A stretch of 64,000 nucleotides of DNA from a virus. Position 1 is the stretch's first letter. Every line of letters begins with the position of its first letter. The notes below the pieces were generated by a model. It made no database searches and was not told the DNA's origin. It was given only the letters and a program-made list of their open reading frames with translations. The translations under genes and the position numbers were made by a program. Shown here piece by piece: positions 19,465 to 28,461 of the stretch. The stretch covers positions 1 through 64,000 of the IMG/VR virus record IMGVR_UViG_3300014208_000003, one strand, 5' to 3'.

Positions 19465-19532
19465 TGGAACCTATCACAACTAGAATTCTATTAAATAATA
19501 TAGAAATGTCAATGGTGGGAATATCGTTATTA
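19370..19532 (+). ncRNA. putative TnpB omega/reRNA: scaffold ends at TCAA 19512, guide about 19513-19532
   Basis: GC-richer 3' end of tnpB, then a TTCTAT...ATAGAA hairpin and ATGTCAA, like IS605 right ends. 5' boundary is a guess. Confidence 0.5.
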
Positions 19533-19576
19533 AAATTTTTTGAAAAGAATGTTTTGGAGTTATACTAAATATTGAT

Positions 19577-20134
19577 ATGGAAAAACTTTTAGCTAACATT
19601 ATAAAGAAAACTATTCAGACTACCTATAATTACGGAGTTTTGTTAAAGACCGATTCTGGAGAAGAGATTACACCAGATTCTATAATATCTCTAAAAATAC
19701 CTACTTATGAATTAACCAAGAATACTTTTTTTGAAGGTTCTATTCCGAGATTCTTTATTACGTTTTCTCCGGAAGAGGCATACGAAATAACAATGACGGT
19801 TCAAGAAAATGCTGGATATTATGCTGATGGTGGATTAACAAAACAATTAACCATAAGAGAATTTATATCAAAGCAGTTAAGGAAAGTTATAAATTACGGT
19901 GGTTCTCATAATACACCTTCGGATTATATTAACAAAAAACAACCGATAATAGTTTCAATAAATGATATGAACGACGATCCTCTTTGTATTATTAATTTTA
20001 GGAATTGGGCTTTCGTAAAGGGTCAACAAACACAAGATTTTGGATATGTTGAAGAAAGTGCTGTAACATTTGATCTAGTATTTGCCTTTGAATATTACAC
20101 GATAGAATTTTTAGATAAAGCTGTTGAATTTTAA
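19577..20134 (+). CDS. tail-tube-like/baseplate tube initiator (gp54-like)
   Basis: Tube-fold pattern ending VTFDLVFAFEYY, and position. Confidence 0.5.
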   Translation: MEKLLANIIKKTIQTTYNYGVLLKTDSGEEITPDSIISLKIPTYELTKNTFFEGSIPRFFITFSPEEAYEITMTVQENAGYYADGGLTKQLTIREFISKQLRKVINYGGSHNTPSDYINKKQPIIVSINDMNDDPLCIINFRNWAFVKGQQTQDFGYVEESAVTFDLVFAFEYYTIEFLDKAVEF

Positions 20135-20148
20135 AAGGAGTTGAGTTT

Positions 20149-20922
20149 ATGCCTAAGATGATTGATCCGGAACAAGAGAAAATAGTTCCGAAAGTTTCTA
20201 ATGAAGTTCCTATTGATGAAAATTGTTGGGAGATTAAAGACCTACCATCACAAGGAAAGTTTTATAATGGTCAGAAAATATTCGGAAGACCTTTGAAAGT
20301 ATTGGATTTGAAGAAGCTTTCGAAGATGGACGAAGATAATACTACAGATACCATAGAAACGATTTTAAAGAGGTGTGTTAAGGGAATAAATGTAGATGAG
20401 ATACTTACACCGGATAAACTTTATATAATATTCTGGTTACGTTATAATACATTCAAAGACAAAGGATATCAAGTAAAGTATGATTGTATGCATTGTAAAA
20501 AGGAATCTGAATACCATTTTGATTTGAATATGTTAGATGTTACGAATTTGACAGATGAAATGTATAATAAAATGGTTGTGAAATTGCCTTCAGGAGATAT
20601 TCGATTAAAGTTTCAGACAATTGGTTCGGAAAAATTAGTTGAAGCATTTACAAAGAAATATAAAGAAGATCCTCTATTTGAACTTAACGAAGATGTTTTG
20701 AACCTTGCCGCGTGTATTGATTCTAAAAAAGGTTTGAAAGAGACTTATGATTGGTTAGTAGATATGGATCCTAGTGAATATGGTGAATTGGAAAATGTAA
20801 TGGATGAACTCTCGATTGGTGTAGTACCTTTCGTAACGGCAGCATGTAAGCTGTGTAAGGGGGAAAACCTGATTGGTATATCCTTTCGCACCCGTTTCCT
20901 TTTTCCCAAGAATACCAATTGA
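20149..20922 (+). CDS. gp26: baseplate hub assembly chaperone (gp26-like)
   Basis: LPSQGKFY, DKLYIIFWLR and two CxxC motifs. Confidence 0.75.
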   Translation: MPKMIDPEQEKIVPKVSNEVPIDENCWEIKDLPSQGKFYNGQKIFGRPLKVLDLKKLSKMDEDNTTDTIETILKRCVKGINVDEILTPDKLYIIFWLRYNTFKDKGYQVKYDCMHCKKESEYHFDLNMLDVTNLTDEMYNKMVVKLPSGDIRLKFQTIGSEKLVEAFTKKYKEDPLFELNEDVLNLAACIDSKKGLKETYDWLVDMDPSEYGELENVMDELSIGVVPFVTAACKLCKGENLIGISFRTRFLFPKNTN

Positions 20923-21088
20923 TGATATTAGAACTATAGAATTCTCACTTGCTAAAAACTTACACTGCAAACCAGATTTCAATAACTTAGGATGGGACGA
21001 ATTCACAGACTTTTATCAGAAATTAACTGATTCTAAAAAAGATACAACTACTCAGGATGTCTTAGATATTTTCAAAGGAGCCGGATAA
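20873..21088 (+). CDS. gp51-like hub assembly catalyst, possibly a frameshift extension of gp26
   Basis: EFSLAKNLH...NLGWDEF pattern. Overlaps the gp26 end in the +1 frame. Confidence 0.55.
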   Translation: MVYPFAPVSFFPRIPIDDIRTIEFSLAKNLHCKPDFNNLGWDEFTDFYQKLTDSKKDTTTQDVLDIFKGAG

Positions 21089-21110
21089 AAATCTGGTTCC
21101 TTTCTTTTTT
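21077..21110 (+). terminator. rho-independent terminator
   Basis: GGAGCCGGAT-aaaa-ATCTGGTTCC plus T-run. Confidence 0.75.
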
Positions 21111-21143
21111 CTAAATATTAGTAGAACTTAAATCGGGAAAACT

Positions 21144-22964
21144 ATGGCTGATTTTACTGGTGATGAAATAAAAAGACAATTAGACAGATCTCTAAAGACA
21201 TTCGAGAAAAATGTTCAAGAGACTGTTACAAATTATAATAAAGCAATCAAACCGCTATCAGAATCTATCAATAAAACAAATAAGGATTTTGATGAGAGTA
21301 AAGTAAAGATAGAAAAGAACCTTAAGGATTTTGGTGTTAACACTGAAAAATTCTTTAGGATGATTGCAAAAGAAGCAAAGAAAACAGGTAAATCAACAGC
21401 AGATATTTTAAACCAGCATTTCAAAGATAGAGAAGAATATTTAACAGACGAATTATCATTATTAAAAGCCAGAGAGAAAAAAATGTCTCTTTCGTGGCGT
21501 GGTGAAAAAGGAATTACGAAAAGACTTAAAGGAATAATTCGGGAACAGTTAACAGCATATAAAGAAAAAAGTCCATTATTATCAACATTATCTAGTATAA
21601 AAGATTTTGTAGTTGGTAATAAAAATGCTATGCTTGAAAATGAAAAAGAAGTATTGGCAAACAATCAGGATATTTTAGCAATTACTCGGAAACGTCAAAA
21701 AGAAGATGAAGATAATCAGAAGAATATCAAAGCAGCTTATCTCGCTAAAAAAGAAGGCGAAGAAAGAATCCGCGCTCTTGATACAAAATATAGACAATGG
21801 TTAATAGAAAACGAAAACACATATATAGACGAACGAGAAAAAGCCAAAAGAAAATCGGAACTCTGGCACGATATAGAAATGGACAACCGATATAAGAAAA
21901 TGGCAGAAGTTAGATGGGAAACAGAATCACCAAAAACAAAATCCGATATCAAAAAAACTACTGGAAAAATGCCTGAAGATTTAAAAGTTCAAGTTTCAAA
22001 TAACAAGCTAATGAAGAAGATGGTCGGATCGTTATCGAAAATGGAAGATCGTGGTGGAAGTGGTCTCGGTGGATTATTAAAATTACTTGCTCCTTTACTT
22101 ATGGGTGGATTGGCTTTTGCTGGAATGTGGAAATTACTTGGTTCTAAAAATGCTATTGCTAATGCCCTTTCTTCTTTAAGAATGCTTCTGAAACTTGATA
22201 AAATAAAAACTATGGTAAAAGGTTTGGATGTTGTAGGAACTCTTTTTAAAGGTATGGGAAAATTAGGTGGAGTTATTGGAAAAATAGGTGGTGGATTGGG
22301 ATTATTAGGAAAAGGTGCAGGAAAAATTGTTGGAAAAGTTGCCGGAAAATTAGGATTGAATGTTTTGAAGAAGATTCCGGGAATAGGTTTGTTAATAAGT
22401 ATAGGATTAGCTTCCAAATCCTTTAAAGATGGTGATTATATACAAGGTTTGATGGAATTGGCATCTGGTGGATTGGCTACATTTGCTCCCGGAATAGGTA
22501 CAGCATTAAGTATAGCGATTGATATGGCTACAATGTACGCAGATTATAAAGATATCAATATGACTGATTCTGCTGCTAATATGATTGAAGATATTAAAAA
22601 TCCTTCTAAAGCAACAGGTAGGAAGACAGCGCCCAGAAAATGGTCAGCGACAACGCCCGATAGAAGAGAAACACCCCAAGAGCAAGAACAAAGAATGCTC
22701 AGAAAACAAGAAGCATCAAAGAACTGGCCAAAAGTTTCACAAAAAGTAGTCCCTATGGCAGTTGGTCAACAATCGTTCGTAAAACTAAAAGAGAATGAGA
22801 AAAAGCAAGAAGAAATATTAGCAGATTTGTTCCGTTTCTTAAAAGGCGATTTTACAACAGGTCTAGCAAAAAAGACAGCAGAAATGAATAAGAAAGGTGC
22901 CGAGAAATTTAACGGGCCGATGTCAACGGGTTACTCTGCTTTTAACTGGGGAATGGGAAACTAA
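21144..22964 (+). CDS. tape measure/baseplate hub protein (gp29-like)
   Basis: Coiled-coil N-half, Gly-rich hydrophobic region and LKKIPGIGLLI motif. Confidence 0.7.
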   Translation: MADFTGDEIKRQLDRSLKTFEKNVQETVTNYNKAIKPLSESINKTNKDFDESKVKIEKNLKDFGVNTEKFFRMIAKEAKKTGKSTADILNQHFKDREEYLTDELSLLKAREKKMSLSWRGEKGITKRLKGIIREQLTAYKEKSPLLSTLSSIKDFVVGNKNAMLENEKEVLANNQDILAITRKRQKEDEDNQKNIKAAYLAKKEGEERIRALDTKYRQWLIENENTYIDEREKAKRKSELWHDIEMDNRYKKMAEVRWETESPKTKSDIKKTTGKMPEDLKVQVSNNKLMKKMVGSLSKMEDRGGSGLGGLLKLLAPLLMGGLAFAGMWKLLGSKNAIANALSSLRMLLKLDKIKTMVKGLDVVGTLFKGMGKLGGVIGKIGGGLGLLGKGAGKIVGKVAGKLGLNVLKKIPGIGLLISIGLASKSFKDGDYIQGLMELASGGLATFAPGIGTALSIAIDMATMYADYKDINMTDSAANMIEDIKNPSKATGRKTAPRKWSATTPDRRETPQEQEQRMLRKQEASKNWPKVSQKVVPMAVGQQSFVKLKENEKKQEEILADLFRFLKGDFTTGLAKKTAEMNKKGAEKFNGPMSTGYSAFNWGMGN

Positions 22965-23720
22965 ATGGCATATACACTTTTTAAAACTAGAAATGAAAAA
23001 AATAGTAACAACTATATAAATATTGATTTTGATAAAGGTGGGAGAGTATCGGGTTATTTGTTAGAACCTTTAGAAATTGGTTCTGATGCTAAATATGAAA
23101 CCTTTTTTAATCTTGATGGTAAGTTAGGATTAGCAGGAGAAATTCTTGGTTTTTTTGGCAATGTACAAATCGGCAAGGCTGGTTTCTGGACAAGACAATA
23201 TTATAGAGGTGGTTCATATATTAAAATAGACGGTAAACTTCGGATAGTTAATTGGGACGATTCATCGGATGTGGTATCTAAAGCAGTAAGGACAATGATC
23301 GGAAGATGTATGCCTACACAGTCCATTGATAAAGATACAGCAAACAAACAAATTCTTTCTCTCGCGAATACCATATCAAAAAAAGAAAAGGATAATGCAG
23401 GAAAAACCGATGAAGTTATAGAACAAGAAGAAAAAGACAAATACACAAATACGGTGGTAAAATTAAAGAATCAAGGTGTTGCCATATTAGACGATTTAAT
23501 AAAAGGTTCACCGTCTAAATTATCAATAACAACTAATTATATGAAATTAACAGAAATGGTTTTGTCTAGTGTATCAGCAACTTACTCCAAAGAAGTTTTG
23601 CAAAATGGATGGCCTTTATATGCGGATATTTCTTTCTCTTGTATGCAGCTTGAAATAAAAACAAATTCGGAAGTTAGAGGTATGTTAGTAAATAATAAAC
23701 CAAAAGTGAGATTAAGATAA
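22965..23720 (+). CDS. baseplate tail-tube cap (gp48-like)
   Basis: MVLSSVSATY...GWPLYADISFS pattern, and position. Confidence 0.55.
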   Translation: MAYTLFKTRNEKNSNNYINIDFDKGGRVSGYLLEPLEIGSDAKYETFFNLDGKLGLAGEILGFFGNVQIGKAGFWTRQYYRGGSYIKIDGKLRIVNWDDSSDVVSKAVRTMIGRCMPTQSIDKDTANKQILSLANTISKKEKDNAGKTDEVIEQEEKDKYTNTVVKLKNQGVAILDDLIKGSPSKLSITTNYMKLTEMVLSSVSATYSKEVLQNGWPLYADISFSCMQLEIKTNSEVRGMLVNNKPKVRLR

Positions 23721-24037
23721 TGGATAGATTTTCAAGAGTGAATTTTTATAAGTCAGATAAAATAAATGGTGTTAAAGAAGCTGATTTACTAACTAACACT
23801 GTAACTGATTTTGAATTTGATACTTTATATAATTCGTATACAGTCACAGAAACAGATATTCAAAGGCCCGATTTAATATCACAGAAGATATATGGTAACA
23901 TCACTTATTGGTGGATATTGATGAAGATAAATAATGTTCATGATGTTTGGAATGATTTATATATAGGTCAAGTTTTAAAATATCCTACTGTAGATGAAAT
24001 GGATAGGTTTTATAATTTTAACAGCCAGAGAAAATAA
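23720..24037 (+). CDS. gp53: baseplate wedge protein gp53 (LysM-like)
   Basis: RPDLISQKIYGNITYWWILMKINN motif. Confidence 0.85.
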   Translation: MDRFSRVNFYKSDKINGVKEADLLTNTVTDFEFDTLYNSYTVTETDIQRPDLISQKIYGNITYWWILMKINNVHDVWNDLYIGQVLKYPTVDEMDRFYNFNSQRK

Positions 24038-25318
24038 ATGGCATTAAATGAACTCAGAAAACTTAAAGTAAAAACATCGGAATTAAATTATCACTGCAAA
24101 CTACTTATAAAAGGTGTTGAAGTTGATAATAAAACTATAATTTCGTTGGCTATTAAAGAATCTGTTTTCTATGTTCCGAGGCTTGATCTAATAATAAACG
24201 ACAATGGATTATTTACAGATTTGGTTCCTTTAGAAGATGATGATGAAATAACTGTAGAAATATCGAAGAGTAATAAACAAGATGCTGTAATAACTTCTTT
24301 AAAATTCAGACTATTAGATTTTGAATTTCAGAATACAGGTGGAAGTAATTTATCATCATACGGTTTACACATTTCAGCATTATACGATCTTCCAATATAT
24401 TTCCCATTAAAGAACAAATCATTTCCTAAAAAAACTTCTGTTGATGTCTTGAAAGAACTTGGTAATGAATATGGTCTCACGGTAAACAGCTATATAACTT
24501 CGAATGATATAATGACATGGTTACAGATAAATCAAAAGGACAACGATTTTATAAATAATGTTTTGAAAAATTCTTATATATCCGAAGATGATTTTTTGAT
24601 AGCTTATTTTGACAGAAACAATTCAATGAATATAACTTCAATATTAACAGAACTAAAACAAAAAGATGCATTTGTTTGTAGCTATGATGAGAAGAAGTTT
24701 TTAGATAAGGAACCGGATTTAAAAGAAGATACAACTACACCTAAAGATAATGACTTGATAAAATTGTATTACGGAGATATTCAAATCACTTCTGTAGCAG
24801 GGATTATCAATAAAATGTCCGGAGGCTATTCATATCTTCTAAACTGGTATGAAAATAATGGTGTTGAAACAAAAGCTACAATAACGAATAAACAACATGA
24901 ATTAACACAACTAACTTGGAAGAATAAAAAGAATATAAAGGAAATAACAGCACAATCTAATTTCGGTTATCTTTCCGGAAATGTTCATAGTAATTGGTTT
25001 AAAGCAATGATTATAAATAAGACTCTAAAAGATATGTATTTTTCATTTGCTCTTACTATGCCTATAAATCCTAATGATAAAATCCAATTGCTAGATAAGG
25101 GTTTTGTGAAGGTTCCGAACAATGTTAAATATAGTGTGGATGAACAAAATATCAATGTCTATAACGAAAATTATTCCGGAACATATTTTATAGGAGAACT
25201 TACTCATACTTTGGTTTTTAACGGTGGTGGTAATTATGGTATGAAAGCCACTATGTTCAGGAATGGTTTGAATAAGAACGGTTTCATGGAAGATTCTGAA
25301 TGGAGTGTCTCGGAATGA
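24038..25318 (+). CDS. baseplate hub/tail protein (gp27-like)
   Basis: Lies between gp53 and gp5. YSGTYFIGELTH C-terminal pattern. Confidence 0.6.
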   Translation: MALNELRKLKVKTSELNYHCKLLIKGVEVDNKTIISLAIKESVFYVPRLDLIINDNGLFTDLVPLEDDDEITVEISKSNKQDAVITSLKFRLLDFEFQNTGGSNLSSYGLHISALYDLPIYFPLKNKSFPKKTSVDVLKELGNEYGLTVNSYITSNDIMTWLQINQKDNDFINNVLKNSYISEDDFLIAYFDRNNSMNITSILTELKQKDAFVCSYDEKKFLDKEPDLKEDTTTPKDNDLIKLYYGDIQITSVAGIINKMSGGYSYLLNWYENNGVETKATITNKQHELTQLTWKNKKNIKEITAQSNFGYLSGNVHSNWFKAMIINKTLKDMYFSFALTMPINPNDKIQLLDKGFVKVPNNVKYSVDEQNINVYNENYSGTYFIGELTHTLVFNGGGNYGMKATMFRNGLNKNGFMEDSEWSVSE

Positions 25319-26094
25319 AAAAGAAAACCATCCAGAAAATATTAGCGAGTGATCCTAGAAACAGAGCAAAGGAAATATTAGATACACCTGTTCCGGAAGC
25401 ATTCGTAAAAAATTATATCGGAAAAATTGAAGATAATAATGATCCAGATAAATTAGGCAGATGTAAGGTCAGAGTATTTGGTGTCTTTGGTGATGAAATT
25501 AATACAGATGATTTACCTTGGGCTATTCCGGAAAATGGTTTTGTTGGTAGTAAAATTGGATCGTTTATAGTTCCAAATATAGATACAGTGGTTAGAGTTT
25601 ATTTTGATCAGAACAATATTTACAGTCCAATTTATACAACGAAAGTATTGGATATAACAAATCAATCCACAAGAAAAGATGAAGATTATCCTGATACTAT
25701 GGTGATGTTCGAAACAGATGAAGGAGAATATCATATAGTTAACAGAAAACAATCTACTACCGAATATCATTGTGCAAACGGATTATATGTACAAGTTGAT
25801 TCTGAAGGTAATTTATTGTTAGACTCTTCGGAATGTGAAACTGGTGAAATTAGATTACAAGATAAAAACGGAAATATATTGGCAATGACTTCTGAAGGAC
25901 TTAAATATAATGATGTCGGACTTGTTACCGAAAACTTTTTAAAAGATTTGCTTTCAACATATGCAGCAAAATTGACTTTAACAACAGCACCCGGATCACC
26001 TTCACCTATAGAACCAAGTACATTATCGGATATGATTTTGAAAAAGGATATGGCTTCTAATATTGGCGGGTTCTTAACAAAAGGTAAATCGTGA
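25315..26094 (+). CDS. gp5: baseplate spike gp5/VgrG-like OB-fold protein, no lysozyme domain
   Basis: GKIEDNNDPDKLGRCKVRVFG...LPWAIP motif. Confidence 0.85.
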   Translation: MKKKTIQKILASDPRNRAKEILDTPVPEAFVKNYIGKIEDNNDPDKLGRCKVRVFGVFGDEINTDDLPWAIPENGFVGSKIGSFIVPNIDTVVRVYFDQNNIYSPIYTTKVLDITNQSTRKDEDYPDTMVMFETDEGEYHIVNRKQSTTEYHCANGLYVQVDSEGNLLLDSSECETGEIRLQDKNGNILAMTSEGLKYNDVGLVTENFLKDLLSTYAAKLTLTTAPGSPSPIEPSTLSDMILKKDMASNIGGFLTKGKS

Positions 26095-26474
26095 ACATTA
26101 ATATTTTAACTTCCGGAACAGATGGCAACTATCCTTCTATAAAATGGTCTTATGATACTATGATTCAGGATTTTGCGTCTATTTCTGGATATATTACTGG
26201 TGGGCCTTCCGGAAGAACTTATGCATCTTATGTTGACGAAGTTATGGTAAAGTTTTATAAGAATTTTGCTGGAACGATTATTACACATTTACAAAACTAT
26301 GGGGCAATTAAAGTTCCGATAGCCTATATGACAGCGAGTGGAAATGATTATGATATTATGACAGTTAAAAATAAAACAAGTGGATTAGATGGTTTCATAA
26401 TAAATTCACATGCAGATTCATTAGCTGGTTACGCGGTTTCCGGAACAAACGAAATTTCGGGGAGCATTGAATGA
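26091..26474 (+). CDS. hypothetical baseplate-region protein
   Basis: Coupled to gp5. Confidence 0.5.
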   Translation: MNINILTSGTDGNYPSIKWSYDTMIQDFASISGYITGGPSGRTYASYVDEVMVKFYKNFAGTIITHLQNYGAIKVPIAYMTASGNDYDIMTVKNKTSGLDGFIINSHADSLAGYAVSGTNEISGSIE

Positions 26475-27325
26475 ACGGAATTGAAGCCACCTATTGTAAA
26501 ATGTTAGACACCTATTATCAGGGTATTGTTTCGACTATTGATTTGGCTCTGGCTTTTCCTACAATGATAGCTAAAAGAATAATGGTGTTTATAAAAAGAT
26601 TGGATTCTGTCATTCTAAACACTATTGAAAAATCTTTGTTAGCAATTATAGAACTTATAGGAAATTTAAGACCTTTCAAAGAATTTAATAAGAATAAGAA
26701 GATAAAGGCTTTCTGTAATGCTTTATGGCAATGTCAAGCAGCTATTCAAATGTTAGTAAGCGTTGGAACTATTACACAAGCACAAGCAAATGATTTTAGT
26801 AATTTTGAAAGATTAGTGTGTAGAGTTGGACTGTCGGATTTCATTAAGGGCTATCTAGGAAGCCTTATAACACAACTTAAAGTACAAGCCTTAGACTTAC
26901 TCGCTAAAAAAGATGAATGGCTAGAAACACTTACAAATAAGTTTTTAACACCATATAATCAATTTTTAAATGGCACCAGTCCTTTTCCCGGAACTAATCG
27001 AAAATTGATTGTAACAGTAGGAAACATGGAATTGGTCGGAATCTATGATATAATGGGTGCTTTGAATGCCTTTGCTAATTGTGGTTTTGCTGTTTGTGAT
27101 TTTGTTACTACAGCAGCTAATAAACAAGATACATGGAAAACACAATTAAAGATAGATGACACCGGAAACTTTGCTAGTAAATGGATGGAAGGTGTCTTGG
27201 AAAAATCTAATAATATCGAAAATTATGTGCAATATATCAATTCTTTAGCAACAGGATTCTTTACATCAGAAATAGATACAATAGCTTCTTCGGTTGTTGC
27301 TAAAGACTGGTCGAATAATAGTTAA
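26471..27325 (+). CDS. hypothetical helical virion-module protein
   Basis: 284 aa ORF with GGAG RBS. Confidence 0.55.
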   Translation: MNGIEATYCKMLDTYYQGIVSTIDLALAFPTMIAKRIMVFIKRLDSVILNTIEKSLLAIIELIGNLRPFKEFNKNKKIKAFCNALWQCQAAIQMLVSVGTITQAQANDFSNFERLVCRVGLSDFIKGYLGSLITQLKVQALDLLAKKDEWLETLTNKFLTPYNQFLNGTSPFPGTNRKLIVTVGNMELVGIYDIMGALNAFANCGFAVCDFVTTAANKQDTWKTQLKIDDTGNFASKWMEGVLEKSNNIENYVQYINSLATGFFTSEIDTIASSVVAKDWSNNS

Positions 27326-27332
27326 AATGTAT

Positions 27333-27911
27333 CTAATCTTTCCAAATATATCCACAATCTTCGCACCAATCTTTTCCTATTTGTTTGTCTTCAATCCACC
27401 CAAACGATGAAATAGTTTTTGTTATTTCATTAATATTTTTTCCATCTTTTTCACCACAAAACATATTTTCCATTTCTTCATAATTAATACCCAAATGTTT
27501 TAATACAAAATTAATTTCGGGAACATGTGAACAGAGATTATCCTCATGAATAGCCCCTATCTCTTCCCCGTCTTCATCTTCAACACCATCTCTTTCTTTT
27601 ACAATACCTATATCAACAAAAACGATAAACTGTGAGTCGTTATATACACCCAAGGTTTGATTACCATCTATCACACAAAACGAAAATGGAAGAGTATTTG
27701 GATGCACATCAAATTTTGTAACTATATTTTTATTAACGTTCTGTTCAAAACCTATAAAAACATCATTTTTGGTTATTACATTGATTTTTTCTTTGGTAAT
27801 TTTATTTTCAAAAATTCTTATTATAGTATTATCAACTTTGTTTTTTGATAGTCTTTTCCAGTTCTTAATATTTTCGTTTTCCGGATCAAGAACAAACAAT
27901 TTAACAATCAT
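27333..27911 (-). CDS. moron-like hypothetical protein with its own early promoter
   Basis: Only minus-strand gene in the structural module. An in-frame ACG at 27941 sits behind the AGGAG RBS. Confidence 0.65.
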   Translation of the reverse strand: MIVKLFVLDPENENIKNWKRLSKNKVDNTIIRIFENKITKEKINVITKNDVFIGFEQNVNKNIVTKFDVHPNTLPFSFCVIDGNQTLGVYNDSQFIVFVDIGIVKERDGVEDEDGEEIGAIHEDNLCSHVPEINFVLKHLGINYEEMENMFCGEKDGKNINEITKTISSFGWIEDKQIGKDWCEDCGYIWKD

Positions 27912-27982
27912 TTCTACACATATTTTTGATGTAATTTTCGTAATAGCTCCTTTTCTTGTTTTTGTTTCTAACCTTCCTTTAA

Positions 27983-28011
27983 AATATAATAGACGAAAAT
28001 CTCAAATCCAA
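27983..28011 (-). promoter_or_regulatory. sigma70-type early promoter (repeat family)
   Basis: TTGGAT-N17-TATATT followed by AACAAGAAAAGGAG. Confidence 0.75.
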
Positions 28012-28064
28012 GAAAATAATTTAACTATTTAAAACATTCTAAATACAACTAAAGGAACAATTCT

Positions 28065-28460
28065 ATGGCAATAACTTTCGGTGATACATTAAACAGGGAT
28101 AAATTTGCGTATGATCTATCCAAAACACCATTGACGAAAAATGATGTATTTGATATCCAAGCAATAAACCAGTCCATAGAAAACATTCTTTCAACAATTC
28201 CCGGTGAACGTCCCATGAATCCTTTTTTTGGTTCTCCTCTTTTCACAACCCTTTTCGAAAATATTACCCAATCAGAAGCGGAAAAACTCATGAACGATCT
28301 GATTGATACGATAAAATTTTGGGAGAATAGAATAACAGTAATTCCGGAACAGTGTGAATTCAATATAAATAGTAATGACCACACTTTAGAGATATCAATA
28401 GTGTACCAGATAAATCAGAACAATATAGTAAGTGAATTTAATAGGAAAGTGATTTTTTAA
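28065..28460 (+). CDS. gp25: baseplate wedge gp25
   Basis: AINQSIENILSTIPGERPMNPFFGS...LFE...WENRI. Confidence 0.92.
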   Translation: MAITFGDTLNRDKFAYDLSKTPLTKNDVFDIQAINQSIENILSTIPGERPMNPFFGSPLFTTLFENITQSEAEKLMNDLIDTIKFWENRITVIPEQCEFNINSNDHTLEISIVYQINQNNIVSEFNRKVIF

Positions 28461-28461
28461 T

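Noticed and set aside
20170-24810. TCCGGA-free gap as proof of recent acquisition
   Set aside because: The gap covers core tail genes of normal composition, so absence of the motif alone is not diagnostic.
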